Positions 23,080-33,600 of a stretch of 64,000 nt of DNA are shown in pieces. The position numbers were made by a program, and so were the translations under genes. The first letter of the stretch is position 1; every line of letters starts with the position of its first letter. The stretch covers positions 352,001-416,000 of the forward strand of contig OY969622.1 of the NCBI GenBank assembly GCA_963701665.1, given 5' to 3'. Under the pieces are notes generated by a model. It did no database searches and had not been told where the DNA came from. It worked only from the letters and a program-made list of their open reading frames with translations. The stretch comes from Candidatus Babeliales bacterium. Its GTDB lineage: Bacteria; Babelota; Babeliae; Babelales; JANWKD01.

Positions 23080-24351
23080 TTATTCCTCGTCTTTTGGTAT
23101 TTTCAATTTTTCACTCACAATTTTATTCGTGATGTTTTTCATTTTTTGTTTATATCTTTTTTTATCATTCTCTGGGATCAAATCATGAGAATAGAACAAT
23201 ATATTGCTGCTTGGATTCAAAAGAAGTTGATCGGTAAAAAGTAATCGTGCTTGTACATTTTGAATACCTGGAATGGCAGCTGGTGTGTTGGTATATTTCT
23301 CTAATAATCTCGATAATCTAAATCTTCCTTTTTTAATATGTTTTATAATTTTTGCATAGAGCGGATCTTTTTCTTTATCTTTTTTGAATTGTTCTCTAAT
23401 TTTTTTCAAAATCGGTTCTGTTCCGCCAGAGAAAGTAGGGGGTCTTGTTAATGATGAGCGTGCAAGATTATCAATCACGGCAACAAGTTCACGTTCATAA
23501 GGAATACCTTGTACCCATGCAACGTATCCTACATCATCAACAATGGATTTTGGGATAAAAATTTGTAACAATACTTGTTCGCGTGGTTCTCCATGTGCTG
23601 CGATTTCGGGAGAAAGATATTGTTCATTTAGCGCTAAAATATCATCAAGATATGTTTCTGGTGCATCATATATTTTGAGAATGCCTTTGATGATTTGCGC
23701 ATCGACTTTGGCATGACTTTTGGGTTTTAAGAAATAATCAAAAGTACTTTCACCTTCAAAGCCCACATTACCAAATAGGGCGAGGTTGACTGATAGCAGC
23801 GAGGCTCTATGCCCAGGACTGTTATCGTTAATTAATCCTTCTGAACTAATTTCATTCATCAAAAAATCAGTTACATTTTGTTGCACAAATGCTTGCCAGC
23901 GTAAAAATCTAAATTTAGGCAAGGTTGTTGTAAGGGGACGTAATGCTTTGGTGAGTTCTAACATTAAATCTTGTGGAACGAGCCACGCCTTGCTAAAGGC
24001 ATGATAAAAAACATAATGTGATTGCTTATATTTTTTTTCAAGTGCTAAGATTTTTGCAAGAAATTTTTTACCACGAGCTTCTTTTAAGATAGGATATTTT
24101 TTTTTAACGAGTTTTTTGATTGCAGGAATACTTAATAAGGCTTCCGTTTGGGTATATCTTTGTTGCAGAGGTGGGGGCAGTTTTTTAATGGCATCACTTA
24201 AAGCTGTAAGTTGCTTTGCAAGATGATTAAGTTCTCTATTTAAAACCTCATAAGGGTGGTTGACTTTGGGAGGTGCCATTTCTATTGATTGTGGCAAAAG
24301 TGGCAAGTGCCATATAATAAAAAGAATTAAAATTTTACTACATAATTTCAT
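23080..24351 (-). CDS. Hypothetical secreted protein
   Basis: 423 aa ORF with AAGGAG RBS and a signal peptide. Confidence 0.8.
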   Translation of the reverse strand: MKLCSKILILFIIWHLPLLPQSIEMAPPKVNHPYEVLNRELNHLAKQLTALSDAIKKLPPPLQQRYTQTEALLSIPAIKKLVKKKYPILKEARGKKFLAKILALEKKYKQSHYVFYHAFSKAWLVPQDLMLELTKALRPLTTTLPKFRFLRWQAFVQQNVTDFLMNEISSEGLINDNSPGHRASLLSVNLALFGNVGFEGESTFDYFLKPKSHAKVDAQIIKGILKIYDAPETYLDDILALNEQYLSPEIAAHGEPREQVLLQIFIPKSIVDDVGYVAWVQGIPYERELVAVIDNLARSSLTRPPTFSGGTEPILKKIREQFKKDKEKDPLYAKIIKHIKKGRFRLSRLLEKYTNTPAAIPGIQNVQARLLFTDQLLLNPSSNILFYSHDLIPENDKKRYKQKMKNITNKIVSEKLKIPKDEE

Positions 24352-24510
24352 AGCGCTCCTTTTATGATTTGTAATTTATAATGAAAGTTTATATCCTTTA
24401 AATGCAATATTTTCGTAAGGACATAATTTCTAAGAAATAATGCGGTTCTTTTTTTTTGTGGTAGACTTTTTCTTAGATACAATATTAATCAAAACTTAAA
24501 AGGGATTTTT

Positions 24511-24966
24511 ATGAATCTATTATTCAAAAAACTTTTGTGCGCGATGAGCTTTATGGTGTTACCTCTTTCAATGCGAGCGAATGAGCCAAAAGAGTTCACT
24601 TTGCAAGATCTATCATCTGAAGAACAGCAACAGTTATTTCAGGAAATGATGTTAAGAAAATTGGTTATGGAAGTATTAATAGATTTATTGAGAACAAACG
24701 TAACAACAATTGATTGGTTGTTAGAAAATTATTTAGTACATCCAGAAGAAAGTATCAAAAAGATTATGCATGTTGTACAGCTTCATAGCAAACATCGCTG
24801 GGAGAGTATTCTCAGCACGTTCGCTTCCGAGCTTGGCATTAAGAGTGAAGAAGATTATGCAAGTTTCATGAATGAAAGTGCTGTCTTCTTGCGCCAGGTA
24901 ACTGCTTCTGAGCTGGAAAAATGGCTCTACTGTTCTGCACACGCCGGAATGATGCGTAAACAATAA
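24511..24966 (+). CDS. Hypothetical secreted protein
   Basis: RBS, signal peptide and a downstream terminator. Confidence 0.75.
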   Translation: MNLLFKKLLCAMSFMVLPLSMRANEPKEFTLQDLSSEEQQQLFQEMMLRKLVMEVLIDLLRTNVTTIDWLLENYLVHPEESIKKIMHVVQLHSKHRWESILSTFASELGIKSEEDYASFMNESAVFLRQVTASELEKWLYCSAHAGMMRKQ

Positions 24967-24975
24967 CAAAAGCTT

Positions 24976-25011
24976 AAATGCCCCAGGAAAAAATCCTGGG
25001 GCATTTTTTTT
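24976..25011 (+). terminator. Intrinsic terminator
   Basis: AAATGCCCCAGGA-AAAAA-TCCTGGGGCATTTTTTTT. Confidence 0.9.
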
Positions 25012-25029
25012 ATAACAGGAAAAAATGCA

Positions 25030-25263
25030 ATGATAAAAATTGGAGCTATTTACGAGCATTACAAAGGAAAGAAATATAAAATAATAGCCATTGCTCGTCA
25101 TACTGAAACACTTGAAGAGTGTGTTGTGTACCAAGCGCTATATCATGATGACGCATTTGGAGATAACGCATTATGGATTCGTCCATTAAGTATGTTTATG
25201 GAATCAACTGAATATAATGGCATACTGCAATCGCGATTTAAATTGTGTTCTCTAGAAATATAA
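25030..25263 (+). CDS. DUF1653 family protein
   Basis: YEHYKGKKY..ARHTETLE..VVYQALY..WIRPLSMF signature. Confidence 0.9.
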   Translation: MIKIGAIYEHYKGKKYKIIAIARHTETLEECVVYQALYHDDAFGDNALWIRPLSMFMESTEYNGILQSRFKLCSLEI

Positions 25264-25343
25264 AGCTGAAGTGCTAGTTGCTTTTTAATATGCGTTCTCT
25301 AAAATAGGGAAAAACTAACGGCACCATCATAAAAAGGAGCAGC

Positions 25344-26057
25344 ATGGTAATGAAAAAATTTATTTTCATCTTATTTATTCTTATCTTCAATGGCAGTTTT
25401 GCAGAAACATATTACAGCCAAATTGGCCAAGATGAATTTATGCACAAAAATTTTTTTCTTGATAAAACTGATGGCACTTTTGTCGATATCGGTGCGGGTG
25501 GTGTTAAGTTTAGCGATTCATTATTCTTCGAGCGTCGAGGGTGGCGGTGCGTGTGCATTGAACCACATCCGCGCGCGTTCAATGAGCTCGTAACAACCCG
25601 CGCGTGTTTATGTATTCAAGCGTGCGTTTCAGATGTCGAGGGCGTTGCTAAATTTTTAGAAATTAGGGGCGCGTGCGAAATGTTAAGCGGGTTAATTGAT
25701 AAATATGACCCTCGCCATGTTAATCGTATTATTTTTGAAGTACAACAAAATCGCGATTCGTATCAAATAATTGATGTTCCCTGTGTCACATTGAATTCAG
25801 TGCTTGAAGAAGCTGGCATTTCACATATTGATATTCTCAAATTGGACACAGAAGGTGGAGAAAAAGATATCTTAAAATCCATTGATTTTGAGCGTTACAC
25901 TATTGACGTAATTTGTGTTGAAGATAATTATAAAGATCCTGAATTTTTCGAAATTCTTGAGCCTAAAGGATTTGTTTTAGTTAAAGCACTGCAATTTGAC
26001 CCGAATAGTACTGAGCGTGAACTTATTTTTAGAAATAAAAACTTTCTATCAAATTGA
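25344..26057 (+). CDS. FkbM family SAM-dependent methyltransferase with signal peptide
   Basis: YSQIGQD, FVDIGA, IEP and LKLDTEGGE motifs. Confidence 0.9.
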   Translation: MVMKKFIFILFILIFNGSFAETYYSQIGQDEFMHKNFFLDKTDGTFVDIGAGGVKFSDSLFFERRGWRCVCIEPHPRAFNELVTTRACLCIQACVSDVEGVAKFLEIRGACEMLSGLIDKYDPRHVNRIIFEVQQNRDSYQIIDVPCVTLNSVLEEAGISHIDILKLDTEGGEKDILKSIDFERYTIDVICVEDNYKDPEFFEILEPKGFVLVKALQFDPNSTERELIFRNKNFLSN

Positions 26058-26080
26058 TTGAAAAAATAAAAGGAGAGTCG

Positions 26081-26992
26081 ATGTTTAAAAAGATAGTATC
26101 AAGATCATGTATTACATTTTTTTTGATCTTTATGACAAGTTCACTGTTTGGGTTAGAGCTTGAGCCGATCCCCTATATTGACTTTGATATATCAATGCAA
26201 AGATATCGTTTTGAAGATTTTTTGAAAACAGATGAGCGCCATATAGCAGTTTATAATCTTTTTAAATCTCTGTATCAAATTACAAGTCCGCTTATTTTTA
26301 AGCCAGGAAATTATGTACGAATTCCAAAAAAACTTCATTTTATTTGGCTTGGAAGGCCGTTGCCAGAAGAATATAAAAAGTATATATATTCTTGGCAGGA
26401 ATTCCATCCAGATTGGGAATTTAAATTATGGACTGAAGCTGATCTGCCGACATTTAATTTTATCAATAGAGATATTTTTGATGAAGCAAATAATTATAGC
26501 CGAAAAGCAGACATTTGGTGTCTGGAAATTCTAGAACAATTTGGCGGTCTATATCTTAATATTGATTTTCAATGTCTCAAAAGAATGGATACGTTACACT
26601 ATACCTATGATTTTTATATTGCGATGCAGCCCCTGGATACGAATATTGTACAAATAGGTACAGGGTTGATTGCTGCAATACCTAATCATCCAATCATACG
26701 TTTCATGAGAGAACAGATACGTGAAACGAGACATATAAAACAAATTATTGTCGCAACAGGTCCTGTTTTTTTTACGAGAAAGTATGTTGAGTATTATGTT
26801 GCTTGTGGTGGCAAATGTCTTGAACGTAATGTGGTATTTCCAGCAAGTTATTTTTACCCGTGTGGGTATACACAACGGACACAACCACTTGAAGAATGGT
26901 ATAAAGATGAAGCTAAATTAGCATATGGCGTTCATTGGTGGGCAGGCAGCTGGCTCGGTAAAGAAGCCTTTGTTCCAGGAGCTTATCAATAA
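26081..26992 (+). CDS. GT32 (OCH1 / DXD sugar-binding) glycosyltransferase
   Basis: IPKKLHFIWLG, ADIW, GGLYLNID, TGP, HWWAGSW; AGGAG RBS before 26081. Confidence 0.85.
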   Translation: MFKKIVSRSCITFFLIFMTSSLFGLELEPIPYIDFDISMQRYRFEDFLKTDERHIAVYNLFKSLYQITSPLIFKPGNYVRIPKKLHFIWLGRPLPEEYKKYIYSWQEFHPDWEFKLWTEADLPTFNFINRDIFDEANNYSRKADIWCLEILEQFGGLYLNIDFQCLKRMDTLHYTYDFYIAMQPLDTNIVQIGTGLIAAIPNHPIIRFMREQIRETRHIKQIIVATGPVFFTRKYVEYYVACGGKCLERNVVFPASYFYPCGYTQRTQPLEEWYKDEAKLAYGVHWWAGSWLGKEAFVPGAYQ

Positions 26993-27047
26993 AATTGGAA
27001 TGAATTATATTCCTTTTACCGCATTAACATTGAAAGAAATATGAATC

Positions 27048-27944
27048 ATGAAGAAATTACAGAATCTGTTTATTATTACTCTATTGTGCGTTAGTAGCCA
27101 TGCTGCACAACATGATATTCCGACGGTTGATTTTAGAACTTCAATGAAAATTGATGCATATCCTAATATATTAAAAAATGAGTACTATAAAAAATTGTTC
27201 ACCTATTTAGAATTATTATATGGTTTGTTTGCACCTGAACATTGTATTCCTTTTGAAAAACCACTCATCCGTAATAAATTTCACTGGATTTGGCTAGGTG
27301 GACCGAATCCAGAACGGCATGAATTGCCTGAAAAGTATCGCGCGTATCAACAAACATGGTTAGATATGCATCCAGATTGGGAATTTTATGTTTGGACCGA
27401 AGCAGATATTGAAACATTTCGTTTTATTAATCGAAGCTTATTTGATAATGCGATGAATTACGGAGAGCAGTCTGATATTTGGCGCTATGAAATTTTATAT
27501 CAAGAAGGTGGTGTGTATCTTGATATTGATGAAGAGTGTTTAAAGAGGATCGATGACTTTAATCATATGTATCATTTTTATATTGGTATCCAACCTCTTG
27601 ATACCCATAATGTACAATTGGGTATTGGCATTATTGGTTCAATCGCGCGGCACCCGATTTTGAAGGAATGCATTGAGCAATTACCATTAACTCCAAAAAC
27701 AAAAAAGACTGTCGCTGTAACTGGGCCTATTTTCTTTACTAAAATATTTACAAGAAAAGCTGGTCAAACTGGTTTACGTGATATTGCACTTCCTCCTTCC
27801 TATTTTTATCCATGCGATTATGAACAAAAAGGTATGCCGAGCGAACTATGGTGTAAGCCAGAATCATATGCAGTGCATCATTGGGCCGGGAGTTGGCTTG
27901 CCCCAGAAGCTCTGTGTCCATTAGCAAGGAGAGAAGGATTGTGA
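27048..27944 (+). CDS. GT32 glycosyltransferase (paralog)
   Basis: HWIWLG, SDIWRYEILYQEGGVYLDID, TGP, HHWAGSW. Confidence 0.9.
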   Translation: MKKLQNLFIITLLCVSSHAAQHDIPTVDFRTSMKIDAYPNILKNEYYKKLFTYLELLYGLFAPEHCIPFEKPLIRNKFHWIWLGGPNPERHELPEKYRAYQQTWLDMHPDWEFYVWTEADIETFRFINRSLFDNAMNYGEQSDIWRYEILYQEGGVYLDIDEECLKRIDDFNHMYHFYIGIQPLDTHNVQLGIGIIGSIARHPILKECIEQLPLTPKTKKTVAVTGPIFFTKIFTRKAGQTGLRDIALPPSYFYPCDYEQKGMPSELWCKPESYAVHHWAGSWLAPEALCPLARREGL

Positions 27945-29602
27945 AAAAAATTTTCTTTAGTTTATTTTTATTTGCTCAATGTTTTTTACCCTCACTTCTA
28001 GCTCTTGAGGAACAAAAGATAGTAGTTGTTATACCTTCGTATAATAATAAGGAATGGGCAGAACGAAATATCGTATCATGTTTGTCTCAGAAGTATGACA
28101 ATTATACTGTTTTGTATTATGTCGACTGTTCCGATGACGGTTCGTATGAATGTATCCAAGAACTTTTGGCACTCTATGACACAGATCATCGTGTAACTCT
28201 CATTCATAATGATATCCGTAAAGGGGCTTTAGCAAATCATTGGGATGCTGTTCATCGCTGTGATGATACTACGATAATTGTACATTGCGATGGTGATGAT
28301 TGGTTGGCCCATAATGAAGTACTGCAACGTGTTAATGAGGTATATGCCGATCCTGAAGTATGGGTTACCTACGGACAATATAGAGAATATCCCGCAAATA
28401 CCCTTGGCCATTGTAGAAGTTTACCATCGCGGGTAATAGAGCAGAATATCTGGCGTTATCTATCATTACCATTACCCACAACGCACCTTAGAACATTTAG
28501 AGCATGTCTGTTTAAACAAATTTTGTTACAAGATCTCATTCACAATGGGACATTCTTGCCAACAGCGGGTGATATTGCCTTCTTCTGGCCGATTTTGGAG
28601 ATGGCAGGTAAACATGTCAGATTCATACATGAAGTTTTGTACGCTTATAATATTGATACTGATATTAATGATTTCAAAGTTCGCCTTGAACAACAACTTT
28701 TTTATTTCAATTTTTTACGCAAAAAAAAGTGCTACGAACCTTTAGCAGAGTTGCCACTAACAAAGAGTACGCAAAAAAATGCACAAGCAGATATTGTTAT
28801 CTTTTCATATAATCGTCCCTTGCAACTCTATGCTTTTTTAGAATCACTTTTTTATTACGTAAAAAATATTGGTACTGTAACGATACTCTGTCGCGCAGAT
28901 AATCAACAATATTCTGATGCCTATACTGAGGTTAGTAAAAACTTTCCTTCAGTTACGTTTGTTATGCAACCTGCACAATTTCCCCAACGTGATTTTAAGA
29001 AAAACCTCATGGATATCATTGAGAACAGTCCAAATGAATATATACTTTTTTCCGTTGATGATATTATTGTGAAAGATGTTTGTGATTTGCAAGAATGCAT
29101 CGATGCACTGCAAAAAACTCACGCCTACGGCTTCTATCTTCGTCTTGGTAAAAATATTACTCAGTGCTATATGCTGAGACGTTCCCATGTGCTTCCATTA
29201 CTCATGCCAATTTCTCAGAATATTTTTGCTTGGCAATTCAAGGATGGATCTTACGATTGGCGTTACCCAAACACTGTTGATATGACGGTATATAAAAAAG
29301 AAACCATTATCGATGCTTTGCGCAAGCTTGATTACACGAACCCAAGTAATCTTGAAGGAAATTGGTTTATTCCTGAATATGTTGACTACGAAAAGGTTGG
29401 TTTGTGTTACGAAACTTCAAAAATCGTCAATGTTCCTTTGAACGTTGTGCAAAAAGAACGCGCCAATGCGCACATGAATATTACGACGGAATATCTTTTA
29501 CAGCTCTTTAACGAGGGTCTAAAAATTGATATAACACCTTTGCATACGTTTGCTAATCAATCTCCTCACGCAGAATATAATTTCTCATTGATCGCTCGGT
29601 AA
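27941..29602 (+). CDS. Two-domain glycosyltransferase (GT2 plus a second GT-A-like domain)
   Basis: VVIPSYN, DCSDD, DGDD; second domain IIFSYNRP..VDD. The GTG start overlaps the upstream TGA. Confidence 0.85.
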   Translation: MKKIFFSLFLFAQCFLPSLLALEEQKIVVVIPSYNNKEWAERNIVSCLSQKYDNYTVLYYVDCSDDGSYECIQELLALYDTDHRVTLIHNDIRKGALANHWDAVHRCDDTTIIVHCDGDDWLAHNEVLQRVNEVYADPEVWVTYGQYREYPANTLGHCRSLPSRVIEQNIWRYLSLPLPTTHLRTFRACLFKQILLQDLIHNGTFLPTAGDIAFFWPILEMAGKHVRFIHEVLYAYNIDTDINDFKVRLEQQLFYFNFLRKKKCYEPLAELPLTKSTQKNAQADIVIFSYNRPLQLYAFLESLFYYVKNIGTVTILCRADNQQYSDAYTEVSKNFPSVTFVMQPAQFPQRDFKKNLMDIIENSPNEYILFSVDDIIVKDVCDLQECIDALQKTHAYGFYLRLGKNITQCYMLRRSHVLPLLMPISQNIFAWQFKDGSYDWRYPNTVDMTVYKKETIIDALRKLDYTNPSNLEGNWFIPEYVDYEKVGLCYETSKIVNVPLNVVQKERANAHMNITTEYLLQLFNEGLKIDITPLHTFANQSPHAEYNFSLIAR

Positions 29603-29610
29603 ATTTCATC

Positions 29611-30693
29611 ATGAAAAAATTATTATGGTTCAGCGTAGGTTTTGTAGGATTATTGCAAGCGGCAAGCATTCAGCTTGTGCCGCTTTCAGGGAGTAATAAT
29701 CCTGCTCACTTTTTTGATCGCAATGCACGCGATGATTGTATGAAAGCAGTATGTGATTTGAAAGTTGCTCTTTCCAAATTTGGCTATGAATTACAAGCAA
29801 CCACATTGGAGCAAGCATTTCAAAATAAAGATAAGACCATAGTTTTTGATGCGCCGTGTACTTTTAGTGAAGGCCATGATCCTTCAAACTGGTTTTTATT
29901 TTTATGGGAGCCGCCAACAGTTATCATGCAAACGTATAATCCTTATTATCATAGTTATTTTTCAAAAGTATTTACCTTATTTGACAAATTATACACATCA
30001 AACCAAGTTAAATTTTATTTTCCTCAGCCTTCGTTGAAAATGATTGAAGAGTTAGTCCCCTTTAAACAAAAAAAGTTATGTACTCTTATTGCTTGCAATA
30101 AGTGTTCTCCACATCCTTGGGAATTGTATTCTCATCGTGCAGGGGTGATTAGTTATTTTGAATCGAATGCACCGGAAGAATTTGATTTTTATGGTATTGG
30201 ATGGGATTCTCAAAAGTTTAAAACATACAAGGGCGCCGTTGATCATAAAGTTCCTTACTTAAAGAAATATAAGTTTTCTTTTTGTTACGAAAATATGCTC
30301 AACGATGCTGGCTACATTACGGAGAAAATTTTTGATTCATTTGTGGCAGGTTGTGTGCCCATTTATTTAGGAGCGGTGAATATTAGTTCATATATACCTG
30401 ATAATTGTTTCATAGCACGCGAGAAATTTTCTAGCCTATCTCAGCTCCATGATTTTTTGAAAAACATGACTGAGGAAGATTATAACACCTATCTAGAAAA
30501 TATTCGTATCTTTTTAAGCAGTAAAGAAGCGTTTCTTTTTTCCATTGAATTTTTTATTGATTTGGTGATCGAAATGCTTATTCCTGGCTATGATCAGTCA
30601 GTATTGTTTTCTCAAGAACAACGCGAAAAAATAAATCAAAGTAAAAAAATCTATGCAAAAAGGCATGACACCATTTCGGTGGCATGCCTTTAG
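29611..30693 (+). CDS. GT10 alpha-1,3-fucosyltransferase-like protein
   Basis: YKFSFCYEN..GYITEKIFDSFVAGCVPIYLG fucosyltransferase motif. Confidence 0.9.
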   Translation: MKKLLWFSVGFVGLLQAASIQLVPLSGSNNPAHFFDRNARDDCMKAVCDLKVALSKFGYELQATTLEQAFQNKDKTIVFDAPCTFSEGHDPSNWFLFLWEPPTVIMQTYNPYYHSYFSKVFTLFDKLYTSNQVKFYFPQPSLKMIEELVPFKQKKLCTLIACNKCSPHPWELYSHRAGVISYFESNAPEEFDFYGIGWDSQKFKTYKGAVDHKVPYLKKYKFSFCYENMLNDAGYITEKIFDSFVAGCVPIYLGAVNISSYIPDNCFIAREKFSSLSQLHDFLKNMTEEDYNTYLENIRIFLSSKEAFLFSIEFFIDLVIEMLIPGYDQSVLFSQEQREKINQSKKIYAKRHDTISVACL

Positions 30694-30695
30694 AT

Positions 30696-33600
30696 TTAAT
30701 CTTGTTGATGTTGCACTAAAACGCGTGTCCAAAGAATCATCATAAGTATGATTAAAATAATGCCTAAAATCCCGCCAATGCGTGCACCATAGTATGCATT
30801 AAAAATTGCTTCTTGCGCGGTTGTTAGTATAAAGTAACTGCCAATAACAACTGGTAAAAGAACTTTATCGAATCGCAGTAGTAAGTCGTACGCACAATAA
30901 AATAATCCACCTAAAATAGTTCCTGCTATGAGACACTTTAAGAGTGTCGTTGATTCAATAGAATGTCCCATAGAGAGAATGCCGAATGTTAGGGAAAGCC
31001 CAATGAATAAGATCTTATTTCTTTTCCACCCGTTCGTTAAAACATCACTTGCTAATACGAGTGTCATAAAAGCAGTGGCAGCTTCAATATATGATGTTAG
31101 CACACTGAGTGCAGCACTTAAAAAAGGCAGAAAGGCACTCGCTGCTGCAAAATCTGCAACGCGCGGAATCAAAGATGGACTAAAATACGCGCCGAGTGCC
31201 GATAAACTTGCGGGTATAACACCAATGCTCAATGCTGTAAGAACGCGTGTAACAAAATTATTCTTAAATTGTGGAGAAATAGTGCAAATGTCGACAATGG
31301 ATGCTACTAAGAGTGCAATAGCTGTTGATTGTGCGAGTGCAACGACAAACCATAAAAGAATAGTTTGCCAGAGTTGATGACTAAATGGCTCGATCGTTGT
31401 GAAATGTATAGCTAAGCTAGGCCACATATTTAAGACTTGGATGCCTGATTTGATAAAAAGAATGCCAAAGAATAGTAAAAACGTGCGCATCGAGAAATAA
31501 CGAAAGTTATTGTAAAATCCAAGTAAAACGAGTGCACCAATAAGAAGGAGCGCAAGTAAGAAGTCGCATACCATTTTGATGATAGCTTTCTGTGTTCTTT
31601 CTTCTGTGTATGAGCGTTTCCAAGTTTCTGGGACAAAAATAGAACGGTAGGCATCACTGATGGTGTTGCCCGCTAAACTGATGGTAATGCGTTGTTGCCC
31701 ACCTTCATGTAAATCAGCAATTAAAGGGACTTTAAAAATAAATGTCCAATCTGTTCTATGAGGAAGTTTTTTAGGTGAGGCTGAAATTTCAACCATATCT
31801 TTTGGATTGAGGGCAAATTCTTGCTGAAGAACTTCGTGAGCTTTTTTGCGAGCTTGTTGCAAGGTGAATGATGGCAGTGCTGCATCTTCTGCGAGGATAT
31901 GCCTTTTTTCAAGAGCTGCTTGATCATTGTGTACTATGATTTGATATTCTTCAGCGCGCTGCGTTACATCACCATTGAAATGCACAAGACGCACAAACCA
32001 AGCAAAAGGTTTTAAGTATGATAATTTTAAAAGATCACGGTATACATCTTTGCCACTCGTTTTCCATATAAAATGATGCTGCAGTTTTTGTTCCTCTTCT
32101 TGTTTCTCTAGTTTGTCCATACTTTGAGGGAATGCTTGCATGACGCTCGCCAGAGTTTGCCATGCGCTCGTTTTTTGTTTTGTCATTGCGTACGCTTGCT
32201 CAATTGCGCGTGCTCTTGTTAAAGCGAGTGGCAATCCATCAAATTCAAAACGTAACGTCGCACACCATGCAATGCATGCAATCAACCCTGCACAACAGAA
32301 AGCATAGAGAAAATTTTTATTGCTGGAAATAAAAGTTGTTGCATGGGTAATATTCTTTGCATGTGCGTGCGCTTTTTGAGGCGTAGGTTTCCATGCATCA
32401 TTATAACAAGAATCGGGTGCATTGGTGATTTTGTGTGCTGAAATGATGCGCCATAAGACGACCAAAATAGGAATAATGGCGCCAATAATAATAAGAACTT
32501 TACTGATAATAAGGGTAGGGGCCGATGCGATAAAAATTGGTAAAGAAAACCAAATCACATCGTATACATAATGAGAAACGATAGGCACAAGAAGGCCAAA
32601 TTTAAGATACAAAAATCCAAAAACAAATGAAGGTATAATAAGTTCAATAACACGAACATAGGCAGGTTGTGCCGGGTAGTTTGCATGAGCGGCACCAAAA
32701 ATGACTGCCTGAAGAATAAAGGCTCCAACCATCCACCATGTATGATTGCCATATTTTTTGCCTATAAGATGTGCACACGAAAGAGGTATTGCTCGAAAGA
32801 GGCATTCTTCAAGAAGTCCCGCGCTCAGTGAAAGAGCGAGTGGCGATAACCAGGGTAGATAATGGGCGAGAATGTTTGGATCATACAGTTGTTCTGCAGG
32901 AGACCACCAACCAAAATAGCGCAAGGCAAGATAATACAAGCCAATTGCAAAAGCAAAGTCAAAGCCTAAAATTAAATAACTTCCTATTGTTCGCCCAAGG
33001 ACTTGCCGTGAGTGTCCTGCGGTTGCGCCCCATATGCGCCAAAATTGTAAATGATGGCCGAACGCTTTGCGTGTCAAACTTTCTGCAGTCATGATGATTA
33101 ATGTGGCAAGACCGCTAAATACTACCATGATGACTAAAATACGTACGAAGATAAGAGAAAGAAAGCTATACCAAGAAAGTGAAGTAGGGTAGAATTTCAT
33201 CAAAAGTGGTAATTCATTTACCATGACTGCACCTTGCAAAATGCCGATGAAGCTACCAAGAATCAATGGCATTTTCCAAAGAATGATACGTTGTCGCAAA
33301 AGAAAGAATAATGCAACTAATCCACCAAGTGCATAGAGAAATAGTGCCGCTATTAAGGCGATAAATGCGATAATATTGTTATCTGAGCGCATTTCTTTAT
33401 AACGACGTATAAAAGCATCGGGAACTTTCAAAGAACGTTCTAATTTTGTGAATCTATCACCACTAACAACCAGTTGTAATCTATAGGGTGCTTCACCGAC
33501 TTTTTTATCATTGCGCTCGTAAACGAAGGTATGATCGATGCGCCCGTTCGGACGAACTTCTTGCGAGGTTTCAGCTTCTATATAATGAGTAAAATTGATA

